DNA of 64,000 nucleotides from Acidobacteriota bacterium (GTDB lineage Bacteria; Acidobacteriota; UBA6911): the NCBI GenBank assembly GCA_963664705.1, contig OY761556.1:6272001-6336000 (forward strand), given 5' to 3'. Position numbers and translations under genes: made by a program. Below, piece by piece: positions 19,731 through 29,544 of the stretch (position 1 is its first letter; the number at the start of each line of letters is the position of its first letter). Below the pieces are notes generated by a model. It was not told where the DNA came from. It did not search any database and was given only the letters and a program-made list of their open reading frames with translations.

Positions 19731-21965
19731 ATGCGTTTATCCCTTCGCTTTATTATTCCGCTGGTCATTGCTCTGGCAGTGATTGCGTATGCTGTTGTAC
19801 CTCTGGTCGACCAACTGACAGTCAAGTGGTTCGTACGTGACCTCGACATGCGGTCGGCCCTGATTTCAAATACCATTCAAGATCAGATCCAGGAATTCAT
19901 CCGCAATGGGACCCAGGCAAAGCTTGTGCCCTTCTTCACCAAAATCACTCAGGATGAGCGGCTTTATGCAGTGGGTTTTTGTGACAGTTCGCAGAGACTG
20001 TTGGCAACTCAAACATATCCTCAGGATCTTGCCTGTGCGCAGCTCGATGGAGTCCTTGCCAGTGGAAATCCCCTGTTATCCAGCGTCAATGGCCCTCTTC
20101 ACGTATCGATTCACAAAATAGAGGGCGATGGAGAAATCCTCGGCAGGCTGGTTTTGGTTCATGACATGAGCTTTATCCAGCGCAGGACGAACGAAACAAA
20201 GCGCTATCTCTACTTTCTTTTCATCGGAATCGTGACGATTGTTTCGCTTATTACCGTCATCATTGCGCAGCTAAGCTGGCGCGGCTGGATACAGGGTGCG
20301 CGTGCGCTATTGCGTGGCGAAGGACTCTTGCGTCCCGCGGTTAAGGTCAATCTGCCGGAATTGCGGCCATTGGCCCGAGATCTCCGCGTCCTCCTTCGCG
20401 ATCTGAAAGCGGAGCACAGACCTCGCGACGAAAGCCAGGTGACCTGGTCCCCGGAAGCGCTGAAACGGATTCTGCACGAGGATTTGCGCGGTGAGGATGT
20501 CATTGTGGTATCCAACCGCGAGCCGTACATCCATGTGCGTCACGAAACTATCGTGGAGGTACAGCGCCCTGCGAGCGGGCTGGTCACCGCGTTGGAACCG
20601 GTGATGCGGGCCTGCTCCGGCGTATGGATCGCGCACGGCAGCGGTTCAGCCGACCTTGAAGTGGCAGATCGCAATGGGCATGTGGCCGTACCACCCGAAA
20701 ATCCTGCTTATCAGCTAAGGAGGCTCTGGCTAAGCAAAGAAGAGGAGCTTGGCTATTATTACGGTTTTGCCAATGAGGGATTGTGGCCTCTTTGCCACAT
20801 TGCTCACGTCCGTCCGACCTTCCGTTCCGGCGATTGGAATCACTATGCGGCCGTTAACCGCAAATTTGCCCGGGCGGTTCGAGAAGAATCCAAGACCGAT
20901 GAGCCCATCGTCATCGTTCAGGATTATCATTTTGCCCTCCTGCCGCGCATGATTCGCGAAATGCTGCCACTGGCCACGATCATTACTTTCTGGCATATTC
21001 CCTGGCCGAATCCCGAAGCGTTTGCCATTTGTCCTTGGCGAGCAGAGCTGCTTGATGGGCTATTGGGCAGCAGTATTCTCGGTTTTCACACCCAGTTCCA
21101 CTGTAACAATTTTCTGGACACGGTCGATCGTCATCTGGAGGCGCGGGTAGATAGAGAGCTGTTTACAGTCCATTATCGCGGACAACCCACTGCCGTAAAT
21201 CGTTACCCCATCTCCATTGAATGGCCACCATCGGCGGAATTGCTGAAACGAAGCACGGAGGAGTGCCGCCATAGCGTGCATCTGCGGCATCGGCTCCCCC
21301 AAAGCTGCGCCGTAGGCATCGGTGTGGATCGGCTCGATTACACAAAGGGAATCATCGAGAGGTTCAACGCTATAGAAAGGCTGCTCGAAATGGAACCCGG
21401 GTTGCTGGGCAAGTTTTGTTTCATCCAGATAGCAGCGCCTTCACGCTCCAGCATCGAGCAGTATCAGCAGCTTGAGGTTCAGGTTCGGACTCTGGCAAAC
21501 CGCATTAATACCCGATTTGCAGCGAGCGACTTCCCGCCAATTCTACTCAAGGTGGAGCATCACGATCCTCACGAGGTGTACGAATACTATCGTGCGGCGG
21601 ATATATGCTGTGTGAGCAGCCTGCATGACGGCATGAATCTTGTGGCAAAAGAGTATATCGCTTCGCACGAAGATGAGCGGGGAGTGCTCATCCTGAGCCA
21701 ATTTGCTGGAGCATCGCGAGAATTGCCGGAGGCGCTGATTGTCAATCCATATGATGTAGACCAGTGTGCCGCGGCCTTCCACCTTGCTTTGACTATGTCC
21801 CCATCGGAGCAGCGCGATCGGATGCGTATCATGCGAGGTCTTATTCAGGAATTTAACGTCTATCGCTGGGCTGGTCGCATGCTCCTGGATGCGGCCAACA
21901 TGCGCAGAAGACGGCACTTGATCGTCAGCAATGAGAAGGCACAACGACATGAATCGCCGGAGTGA
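19731..21965 (+). CDS. otsA: Trehalose-6-phosphate synthase (GT20) with N-terminal 2-TM/periplasmic extension
   Basis: VSNREP, SGLVTAL, QDYHF, FWHIPWP, GVDRLDYTKG, DGMNLVAKE. Confidence 0.9.
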   Translation: MRLSLRFIIPLVIALAVIAYAVVPLVDQLTVKWFVRDLDMRSALISNTIQDQIQEFIRNGTQAKLVPFFTKITQDERLYAVGFCDSSQRLLATQTYPQDLACAQLDGVLASGNPLLSSVNGPLHVSIHKIEGDGEILGRLVLVHDMSFIQRRTNETKRYLYFLFIGIVTIVSLITVIIAQLSWRGWIQGARALLRGEGLLRPAVKVNLPELRPLARDLRVLLRDLKAEHRPRDESQVTWSPEALKRILHEDLRGEDVIVVSNREPYIHVRHETIVEVQRPASGLVTALEPVMRACSGVWIAHGSGSADLEVADRNGHVAVPPENPAYQLRRLWLSKEEELGYYYGFANEGLWPLCHIAHVRPTFRSGDWNHYAAVNRKFARAVREESKTDEPIVIVQDYHFALLPRMIREMLPLATIITFWHIPWPNPEAFAICPWRAELLDGLLGSSILGFHTQFHCNNFLDTVDRHLEARVDRELFTVHYRGQPTAVNRYPISIEWPPSAELLKRSTEECRHSVHLRHRLPQSCAVGIGVDRLDYTKGIIERFNAIERLLEMEPGLLGKFCFIQIAAPSRSSIEQYQQLEVQVRTLANRINTRFAASDFPPILLKVEHHDPHEVYEYYRAADICCVSSLHDGMNLVAKEYIASHEDERGVLILSQFAGASRELPEALIVNPYDVDQCAAAFHLALTMSPSEQRDRMRIMRGLIQEFNVYRWAGRMLLDAANMRRRRHLIVSNEKAQRHESPE

Positions 21966-22062
21966 TGCTTATAAAAACAGCGGAGCAGGCAAACGGTCAA
22001 CGGAAGAGTGAATTTGTCTCCTGTGCCCACAATAACTGCTAGAATAGGAGAGCTGGGAATTA

Positions 22063-22118
22063 CCGGGTCCTGGGGAATTTCCTCCAGGAGGGAATTGGGG
22101 TTGGTCGGGCCGCCATCC
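22063..22118 (+). ncRNA. nhaA-I-like riboswitch candidate, copy 2
   Basis: Same motif as 19368-19423 with A-U to G-C compensatory change; extended -10 TGCTAGAAT at 22037-22045; upstream of a cation/H+ antiporter. Confidence 0.65.
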
Positions 22119-22391
22119 AGAATAGCTTCTCGGACGGAGAAGTTCCATGGATGGCCAATTGGCACCTCACCGGTGGTACCAGGATTCGAAATTACCGATT
22201 CATCCGGCTGGTTTCATCCTTTTTCGCATCATCGTTCGGGATAAAGTTGCACGCCTTACCACATGCCTAAGAAGTTCCAGTCTTAAGCTACTTCTTCGTA
22301 AGATTAACCAAATCCTTTTTCAGCCAGGCCAAAATATCGGTTTACGGTGGCCTCTTTTGCATGGAGGCAGTGATCCGTATAGGAGGTTGGT

Positions 22392-22565
22392 ATGTCAGTA
22401 GACAAAATGGTTGTTATCGTACTGGCAGCATTGTTTTTCGGCGGCGTACTTCTCCTCGTGTTAAAGAACCGTCAAAGCAAGGGGGAGGAGGTTCCGCCCT
22501 CATCCGTTCCGGCCAGCCCTGAAAAAGATGAAACTGTTTCGCCGTCGCGAGCGAAATCCAAATAG
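22392..22565 (+). CDS. 57-aa single-pass membrane protein (absent from ORF track)
   Basis: AGGAGG RBS; MSVDKMVVIVLAALFFGGVLLLVLKNRQSK...; stops 3 nt before the antiporter ORF. Confidence 0.7.
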   Translation: MSVDKMVVIVLAALFFGGVLLLVLKNRQSKGEEVPPSSVPASPEKDETVSPSRAKSK

Positions 22566-22568
22566 GTA

Positions 22569-23963
22569 GTGCCGGCAGCGAAAATAGTCCTTGCCTGGAG
22601 AGAGTTTGTGACACTAAACCGCATATTGCTGCTGACATTTTTCTCCGCCCTTTTTGGCTGTGAGAAGGCCGTTGCTTCCGATGCATCCGGGCATTCCGAT
22701 CCAATCGCCCCGGCTCTTCTTGCAATCTTCGTTGTGCTGCTTGCGGCGAAACTGGGAGGCGAGCTCTTTGAGCGGCTGTCCATGCCTGCCGTACTGGGCG
22801 AGCTTATCGCAGGAATAGTTTTGGGTAATATCGTCCTGGTCAATCCCTCCTGGGATTTTCTGGAGCCCCTGCGCGCGACTCCTATCCAGGCAAACTGGGC
22901 TTTGATTGTAGATAGCCTTGCCCGGCTTGGAGTGATCATTCTTCTCTTCGAGGTTGGGCTCGAGTCGACAGTGGGAGGCATGATGAAGGTCGGGAAGTCC
23001 GCCCTTCTTGTTGCCGTGCTGGGTGTAATCGCGCCCTTCATCCTCGGATACGCGGCTAGTTGGATATTCATAAAGGAACTTCCATCCGCACTTGCGGAAA
23101 CCGTGCCTGGACTCAGCCTAAGCTATGTTCATTTATTTATGGGTGCAGTCCTCTGTGCCACCAGTGTCGGAATTACGGCCAGGGTATTTAAGGATCTGGG
23201 CAAGCTCCAGACAAATGAGGCTCAGATAATTCTCGGTGCCGCTGTTATAGATGACGTGCTCGGGCTTGTAATTCTTGCGGTTGTATCGGGTATCGTCTCC
23301 GCGGCGGAATCAGGTCGGGCTCTGGATATAGGTTCAGTCCTTCGCCTGGTAGGAGTGGCCGTACTTTTCCTTGGCGGATCATTGGGTATTGGCGGATTCC
23401 TCGTCCCGAGAATTATGGGACAACTCGCAAAATTGCGAACAGGCGGGATGATGATTGTCTCCGCGTTGTTGTTCTGTTTAGGGATGGCCTATTTAGCAGA
23501 TTGGGTGGGGCTGGCTCCAATCGTCGGTGCCTTTGCCGCCGGTCTGCTTCTTGAGGAAGTTCATTTTCGCAAATTCCGCGAGGACATTGAAATCGAGCAC
23601 CTCATTCAGCCTATCTCCGCTTTTCTCGTGCCCATCTTTTTTGTGCTAATGGGCATTCAGGTCCACCTGGAAACGTTTGCTCAGCTCTCAGTTCTTGGAG
23701 TCGCGGCGGGACTGACTTTCGCCGCGGTTGTTGGAAAGCAGATCTGCGCCCTTGGAGTACTGCAGCGCGGAGTCAGCAGACTGAGTGTGGGCGTTGGAAT
23801 GATTCCACGAGGTGAAGTGGGCCTGATCTTCGCTGGTGCCGGAAGGCTTTTGAAAGTGATCGATGATGCAACCTTTTCAGCCGTAGTGATAATGGTGATT
23901 GTTACCACCCTGATCACACCACCTTTGCTGAAGCTGACGCTTGCACGTCGAACCCGAAGCTAA
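22569..23963 (+). CDS. Cation:proton antiporter (CPA2/NapA-like)
   Basis: PAVLGELIAG, ATSVGITARV, AAVIDDVLG, MIPRGEVGL; start could be downstream (GTG 22608). Confidence 0.9.
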   Translation: MPAAKIVLAWREFVTLNRILLLTFFSALFGCEKAVASDASGHSDPIAPALLAIFVVLLAAKLGGELFERLSMPAVLGELIAGIVLGNIVLVNPSWDFLEPLRATPIQANWALIVDSLARLGVIILLFEVGLESTVGGMMKVGKSALLVAVLGVIAPFILGYAASWIFIKELPSALAETVPGLSLSYVHLFMGAVLCATSVGITARVFKDLGKLQTNEAQIILGAAVIDDVLGLVILAVVSGIVSAAESGRALDIGSVLRLVGVAVLFLGGSLGIGGFLVPRIMGQLAKLRTGGMMIVSALLFCLGMAYLADWVGLAPIVGAFAAGLLLEEVHFRKFREDIEIEHLIQPISAFLVPIFFVLMGIQVHLETFAQLSVLGVAAGLTFAAVVGKQICALGVLQRGVSRLSVGVGMIPRGEVGLIFAGAGRLLKVIDDATFSAVVIMVIVTTLITPPLLKLTLARRTRS

Positions 23964-24096
23964 AGGAAACAAAGAAATGATCACGAGGTTGCCTCCGCTG
24001 AGCTCCGGGCACATCTGTTTCCACAGGTTGTTCAGGCATTCTAGCTGGTGAGTTTTAGGAGCTGTGAATTGTCGGCTCGATGACTAACCTGAGATC

Positions 24097-25149
24097 TCAA
24101 GGAACGGGCGTGATGATATATCGCAACGTCTGATCGATCGCCTGCATCAGGAATATCCACACCAGGAGCGGGAAGACGTACCAGGCCACGCGGCTGAATA
24201 ATGATGGTCCGGCGATTCGTCCCGTTCGGACCGCATGATCTTCCAAAGGAGCGCCCAAAAGAGCTATTCCCAGCAGGGCGGTGAAACAGGACGCGATAAA
24301 AAATGCCAAAGCCATGGCCACTTGATTTATACCCTGGGCGCCCATCGTTACTCCGAACAGCATCTGGATGACTCCCAGCAAGGCACCCATGAGCCCGGTA
24401 GCGGCAAAAGCCATCGACAACGTCAGTCCGGAGTTTACGCCGCGCACGAAAAGCATAATTGCTATGGTCCCTCCGAGGATCAGCAGTACGGCCGGCATGA
24501 TCGCCATTAAAATCCCGACGGAGTGAAGGGGGAAGGACCACACCCAAAGCGAACAGAACAGAACATATCCGACCCAAACACCCAACCGCCAGCCCCTGCG
24601 TCCCATGGGCATTGGCTTTGATTCCGCGGTTTGAGGCAATGCAGCGTTCGGCAGCTTCCCCCGCAGTTTCCAATAGGGGACGAAGCAGATCACCGAAAGC
24701 AGGATGCCGTAGAGTGTAGGCAGCAGGTACTGGGCCAGGCCTTTTGCCAGAAGCGGTGGTTTGACAAAGCTTTCCTCTCGGAAGGATATAAAAAACATTA
24801 TCAGCTGCAGGATGCTGCGCAAAATGCCCATGATCCAAAAACTGCGGCCGGCGGTTTCCCAGAAATATGCCGAGCTTTTTATATCCGTTTCGCTGCCGTC
24901 CGATGCGAACGCATCCCTGGCCGCGCGCCGGATTTCGGCGCCCGGAAAACTGATGAGCAGCAAGGCGAATCCGCACGCCAGCACGAACAAAAATCCTGCG
25001 GGATTGAGAAGATTCGCCGGTTTTCCCGACTTGGCCACTCCCAAAGCAATGATCGCCAATACGAGGATCCATAAGGGGATCAGCAAATACTTCTTTCCTG
25101 CGCCGCGGGTTTGGAGTTGAACCGGATTCTGATCTGTCTCAGGTGACAT
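24097..25149 (-). CDS. Multi-TM membrane protein with two MotA/ExbB-like segments
   Basis: AAGGAGG RBS; two similar hydrophobic halves (PAGFLFVL...ISFP; PAVLLILGGT). Confidence 0.6.
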   Translation of the reverse strand: MSPETDQNPVQLQTRGAGKKYLLIPLWILVLAIIALGVAKSGKPANLLNPAGFLFVLACGFALLLISFPGAEIRRAARDAFASDGSETDIKSSAYFWETAGRSFWIMGILRSILQLIMFFISFREESFVKPPLLAKGLAQYLLPTLYGILLSVICFVPYWKLRGKLPNAALPQTAESKPMPMGRRGWRLGVWVGYVLFCSLWVWSFPLHSVGILMAIMPAVLLILGGTIAIMLFVRGVNSGLTLSMAFAATGLMGALLGVIQMLFGVTMGAQGINQVAMALAFFIASCFTALLGIALLGAPLEDHAVRTGRIAGPSLFSRVAWYVFPLLVWIFLMQAIDQTLRYIITPVP

Positions 25150-25175
25150 GGCACCCTCCTTTTGCTGGCCGACCC

Positions 25176-26033
25176 TTAATCAGCCTTCTGTTTTACCGCC
25201 GATGATCCGGGAGCAATCAGTTCCGGGGGAATCGGCTTATTCCATTGGAACCGCACCTCCTCGATACAGTCGCGATCCTTGCCGGTCCGGGCCGGATCCG
25301 GCGAATACTTCCTGAGTGCGGTCGGCAGATATGCTTTCGCATCCACCGAAATCTCAACCGCCATATGATCCTCCTGCCCGACGAGCAGGAACTCCCGCGG
25401 CTCGTCGCCATCCTGGCGTTCAGATTGCATGGCTCCGTACCGCCCTTTCATGTGTTGTGCCAGCGTTGCCGGATTCAAAAATTCCATGGGCGGCTGCCAT
25501 TCGGAGGGCACGTTTGTGATGGCTATTGGACGCATCGCGCCGCCCGCATTATCGGCAATTGAAATGATTCCGTTGGAGATCCACAGCGTCTGTTCCTTGC
25601 CGTTGCCGGGAGCCGCATCAACGCGAGTGACACCGTCGGTGTTCCAGCGCACGCGATATCGCGAGTTCTGCGCGCCGGCGCCTGGCTTCAGTACCGTGCA
25701 ATCCATGGATATTGCGCGATGCAGGTGGCTGGATACGGTGGTCATGGCTTTCAAACGTTCGATGGAATCTGCCAGGACACTTTGGCCTCCGGCAAGCTGC
25801 ATCAACAGGCCCAGGACCAACATGACTGCCGAGGCAAAAGCAAGGATCTCCTGGCTGAATGCCGAACACTGTCGAAACCGGCGGTCGATCCAACCCGGCT
25901 CGGCCTTACTGTGCGCCATGGCTTCCCGCGCGGCCCGCAGGATACGATCGTGCAGGTCCGGGGAAGGAGGAGCCAGCCGATACTTCTCCAGGTCTTTGGC
26001 GATGTTTTGATCCTGCTCCGCGGGATTCCTCAT
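25176..26033 (-). CDS. Putative anti-sigma factor (single TM, periplasmic C-terminal domain)
   Basis: ATGA overlap with sigma stop; PPSPDLHDRIL cytoplasmic helix, then TM. Confidence 0.65.
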   Translation of the reverse strand: MRNPAEQDQNIAKDLEKYRLAPPSPDLHDRILRAAREAMAHSKAEPGWIDRRFRQCSAFSQEILAFASAVMLVLGLLMQLAGGQSVLADSIERLKAMTTVSSHLHRAISMDCTVLKPGAGAQNSRYRVRWNTDGVTRVDAAPGNGKEQTLWISNGIISIADNAGGAMRPIAITNVPSEWQPPMEFLNPATLAQHMKGRYGAMQSERQDGDEPREFLLVGQEDHMAVEISVDAKAYLPTALRKYSPDPARTGKDRDCIEEVRFQWNKPIPPELIAPGSSAVKQKAD

Positions 26034-26575
26034 TTTGACCATCCATTCCGGCTCATGACTCGCCGCAGTCTTTCGATTCCATAGCGAAAACAACTGGCGG
26101 CCGTGTTTTCGGATATGCCCAGCAGCGCTCCTATTTCCCGAAGGGTTTTATCCCGGTAAAACTTCAGTACGAGAACCGAACGCTGCTTTTCAGGCAATTC
26201 GGCCAATTCCGAGACTAGTTTTTCGGTCCGACGTTCATCCTCCAGGGAGGGCGGTCCGGCTGGAACAAGCCAGTCGGACCATTCGGCCTGGTCTCGAACC
26301 CGTCTGTTTCGTTTGATCCGGTTCAAGGCAACGTTTCGGGCCAACTGGAACAAATACGGCTTCAGCGATCGAGCGCCGGCTACAGACATCCGTTTTCGCG
26401 CAACCATGATGAAGACCTCCTGCAAAGTATCTTCCGCATCGCTTCGCGAACAGTGGAGTGCAGAGAGATACCCCATCAAGTCCGATGCGTATTCGGACCA
26501 GATCATCTCCAAAGCAGCCGGATCATTGGCTGCGAGGCGCGATTGAATCTCGTTTGAAATGGCTTCAGGATCCAA
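26030..26575 (-). CDS. ECF RNA polymerase sigma factor
   Basis: DAEDTLQEVF (region 2), LPEKQRSVLVLK..EIGALLGIS (region 4). Confidence 0.9.
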   Translation of the reverse strand: MDPEAISNEIQSRLAANDPAALEMIWSEYASDLMGYLSALHCSRSDAEDTLQEVFIMVARKRMSVAGARSLKPYLFQLARNVALNRIKRNRRVRDQAEWSDWLVPAGPPSLEDERRTEKLVSELAELPEKQRSVLVLKFYRDKTLREIGALLGISENTAASCFRYGIERLRRVMSRNGWSK

Positions 26576-26796
26576 ATGGGGTTCTCCGCTACTTTGTTGG
26601 ATATGACAGCCAAACTTTGGAGATTTGTCTACTTATTTGCGGATTATTTGATCTTTTATTCCGGAGGGTTTTGTTTCGTGAAGGAAAAGCGTTACGGTCG
26701 CAACAAGTCCGGCATCGGCCAAGCTGACATCATCGGTCAGCTTGGCACGGCTAATAATAATGGAGCACTCAGCTTTTTCGCTTTGGCGTTTGCGGC

Positions 26797-26916
26797 CTAA
26801 GCCTCTTTATTTTGAAGCGATAATTTCTTTCGAAGCTCAAGAGTGCGTCTCCGTCTGAGGTTCTTCTTCTTGCGTTCACGATGGGTTCTGGCCCTGTCTC
26901 CATTTCTTCGTGACAT
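26797..26916 (-). CDS. 39-aa Arg/Lys-rich small protein (absent from ORF track)
   Basis: AAGGAGG RBS; MSRRNGDRARTHRERKKKNLRRRRTLELRKKLSLQNKEA. Confidence 0.6.
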   Translation of the reverse strand: MSRRNGDRARTHRERKKKNLRRRRTLELRKKLSLQNKEA

Positions 26917-27124
26917 AATTGCCTCCTTTTTGAGTCGTATACTTCTTCCAAACACGCAGCCGAATCGGCCTGGTCCGCTAAAAAATAAAAATCGCCTTCA
27001 CAACTCGGTTAAAGTCATTCAATCGTACAGCGATTATACCCTACGGGTTTCTCTATTATGGAGTGAAGCGGGCAATGCTATCCAGTTTGTTTTCTTGAAT
27101 CCGAATCATTCCTCAATTCCGCGT

Positions 27125-28552
27125 TCATCGACGTGAGCCGCGGCGATGGCGATGGGGGCGTTTGCTGCCTTGTTTCGCGGGTGCCACAACAGTGGCCGGC
27201 TGCGGTAATGGGGCGTGGAGAGTCTGCTGGTAATAATCGTCGAGCAGCATCGCGATGATGGCGGATTCCTCCTCGTTTTCGGCGAGGCTGCGGCCCAGGG
27301 GCACAAAGCGCTGGCTTCGTTCGATGAGCAATCGGTCGCGTTGGCGCAACCGCGCTTCAAGCATGGCCGTAACGCGTTCGGCGACCACCGTTTCTACATC
27401 GGCGTGAGTGGGCAACGGCCGCTCCTGCAGGGTAATGCCGAAACGTTTGACAATGCGGTCGAGGTCCATTTTCTCCAGGTCGCTGACCAGTGAGAGTGCA
27501 ACGCCGGCCGCGCCGGCACGACCCGTTCGGCCCGCGCGATGGACGTAGCCCTCGACATCCTCGGGCGGTTCATATTGGATCACGTGAGAGAGAGCCGGAA
27601 TGTCGAGGCCGCGCGCAGCCACGTCGGTTGCCACCAGGAGCCGCAGCTTTCCCTGGAGCATCCTTTCCATGATTTTCTCGCGCTGCTTTTGCGACAAATC
27701 GGCAGTCAACTCATCTGCGTCATAGCCGAAGCGCTGCAATACGGCGGACACATAATGAACCTTTGCCTTGGTGTTGCAGAAAATGATTGCAGACGCCGGG
27801 TTATCGATCTCAATCAGGCGAACGAGACCGCGATCCTTTTCCATGCCCGGCACAATACAAAAAAAGTGCTCTGTGTCGGTCACGTGCAGGTGATCGAGGC
27901 TGAGTGTTATGAATTCCGGTTCGTGAATGAATTCGTTTGCGATACGCATCACGTAGGATGGGAAAGTAGCTGAAAACATGCATGCCTGCAGCCTGCGGTT
28001 TGGCAAATAATTCCGGATCTGTTTCATGTCAGGGTAAAAACCCATGGACATCATGCGGTCGGCTTCGTCGAAAATCAGCATCTCGAGCTCATTGAGGGAG
28101 AAGGTGCGCTTGAGCAGATGATCCAGCGTGCGCCCCGGAGTGCCGACGACGATTTGTGCGCCCTGCCGGAGAGCCTCGCTTTGTGCTCCGTAGCCGACTC
28201 CGCCGTACACGATGACGGTGGAGAGTCCTGCGGCGCCGCAAAGCCGCTCAGCCTCCTGACCCACCTGCCGCGCCAGTTCGTGGGTGGGGACCAGAATGAG
28301 CGCCTGACAATGACGGCGCGCCGGATCCAGCCTTTCCAGCATGGGCAGCAGGAATGCGCCGGTCTTTCCGCTGCCGGTGCGAGCCTGGATCATGATGTTC
28401 CGCGCATCGAGCATATACGGGATGGCCCTCGCCTGAACGGGCATGAGTGTCGTCCAGCCGACGCGTGCCGCAGTTTCGCGCAAACGCTCAGGCAATTGCT
28501 CGATAGTCACATCGGGCAGCGGATTATTTACGGACATATAGGGATTCTCCAT
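27125..28552 (-). CDS. DEAD-box RNA helicase
   Basis: ARTGSGKT, PTHELA, DEAD, SAT, ARGLD, HRAGRTGR. Confidence 0.95.
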   Translation of the reverse strand: MENPYMSVNNPLPDVTIEQLPERLRETAARVGWTTLMPVQARAIPYMLDARNIMIQARTGSGKTGAFLLPMLERLDPARRHCQALILVPTHELARQVGQEAERLCGAAGLSTVIVYGGVGYGAQSEALRQGAQIVVGTPGRTLDHLLKRTFSLNELEMLIFDEADRMMSMGFYPDMKQIRNYLPNRRLQACMFSATFPSYVMRIANEFIHEPEFITLSLDHLHVTDTEHFFCIVPGMEKDRGLVRLIEIDNPASAIIFCNTKAKVHYVSAVLQRFGYDADELTADLSQKQREKIMERMLQGKLRLLVATDVAARGLDIPALSHVIQYEPPEDVEGYVHRAGRTGRAGAAGVALSLVSDLEKMDLDRIVKRFGITLQERPLPTHADVETVVAERVTAMLEARLRQRDRLLIERSQRFVPLGRSLAENEEESAIIAMLLDDYYQQTLHAPLPQPATVVAPAKQGSKRPHRHRRGSRR

Positions 28553-28959
28553 TCATTGGGCGGACGATCCTGTTATCGCGATGGATCCTTCGGGCGCATA
28601 AAGGGACCAATTGTCATCTATCTTAATAAAGGTATGGCAGAAGACCCTTTTTCGAGGGCACGGTCATGCCTCCGGTTCTGAATAGCATGAAACTGCCGGT
28701 GCCATACACCTTCCTGGCAGTTCCCGGAGCAAGACAGACCTGCCCAGGATCGAACTGACACGAAATTATACAACTATTTAGGCTTTTCCAATCATTCTGA
28801 GAAGCATTGGTTCATGTTTCCATTTTCCGAGTCTTGGATCAGCCGCCAACGATGGGAGCTTGATGGCAAGACATGCTGCCGGGAAAACTGGCCAATTTGG
28901 TTCTGTTATAGGAACAATGATATACTCTAAAAAAAAGCGCATACGTGTGGAGAGGGTCA

Positions 28960-29544
28960 ATGGCGGGGCTTTCGTCGCAGGAACTGACGCGTCTATTACT
29001 GGCCTGGCGCGAGGGAGAACAGGAAGCGCTGGACAGGCTGGTTCCTGTGGTACACCAGGAACTCCGGCGACTGGCTCATGTTTATATGCGTGGAGAGCGC
29101 AAGGATCATACGCTGCAAACCACGGCATTGATCAACGAGGCTTTTATCCGGCTCCTGGACTGCAGAAACGTCGACTGGCAGAACCGGGCGCATTTTTTTG
29201 CGATTTCGGCCCGGGTGATGCGGCGCATCCTCGTGGACTATGCCCGCTCGCGGCGCTACCTGAAGCGCGGCGGCGGAGCCGAGAAGCTCTCGCTGGATGT
29301 AAATCGCATCGCCGCAGGCGAGCGTGATCTCGATCTGGTTGAACTGGACAATGCGCTCAAAGCTCTGGGTGCAGTGGATGAGCGGAAAGGGAAGGTTGTG
29401 GAACTGCGCTACTTTGGCGGACTGAGCGTGGAGGAAACGGCCGAGGTGCTGAAAGTGTCACCAGACACTGTCATGCGCGATTGGAAGATGGCCAAAGCCT
29501 GGCTGGCTCGGCAAATGAGCAATACTTCCCAGGTAAAGCCCTAA
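28960..29544 (+). CDS. ECF sigma factor, kinase-associated (TIGR02999-like)
   Basis: HTLQTTALINEA, WQNRAHFF, VELRYFGGLS, RDWKMAKAWL. Confidence 0.9.
   Translation: MAGLSSQELTRLLLAWREGEQEALDRLVPVVHQELRRLAHVYMRGERKDHTLQTTALINEAFIRLLDCRNVDWQNRAHFFAISARVMRRILVDYARSRRYLKRGGGAEKLSLDVNRIAAGERDLDLVELDNALKALGAVDERKGKVVELRYFGGLSVEETAEVLKVSPDTVMRDWKMAKAWLARQMSNTSQVKP

Noticed and set aside
24041-25072. 343-aa minus-strand ORF
   Set aside because: Out-of-frame shadow of 24097-25149, which has the RBS and a coherent membrane topology
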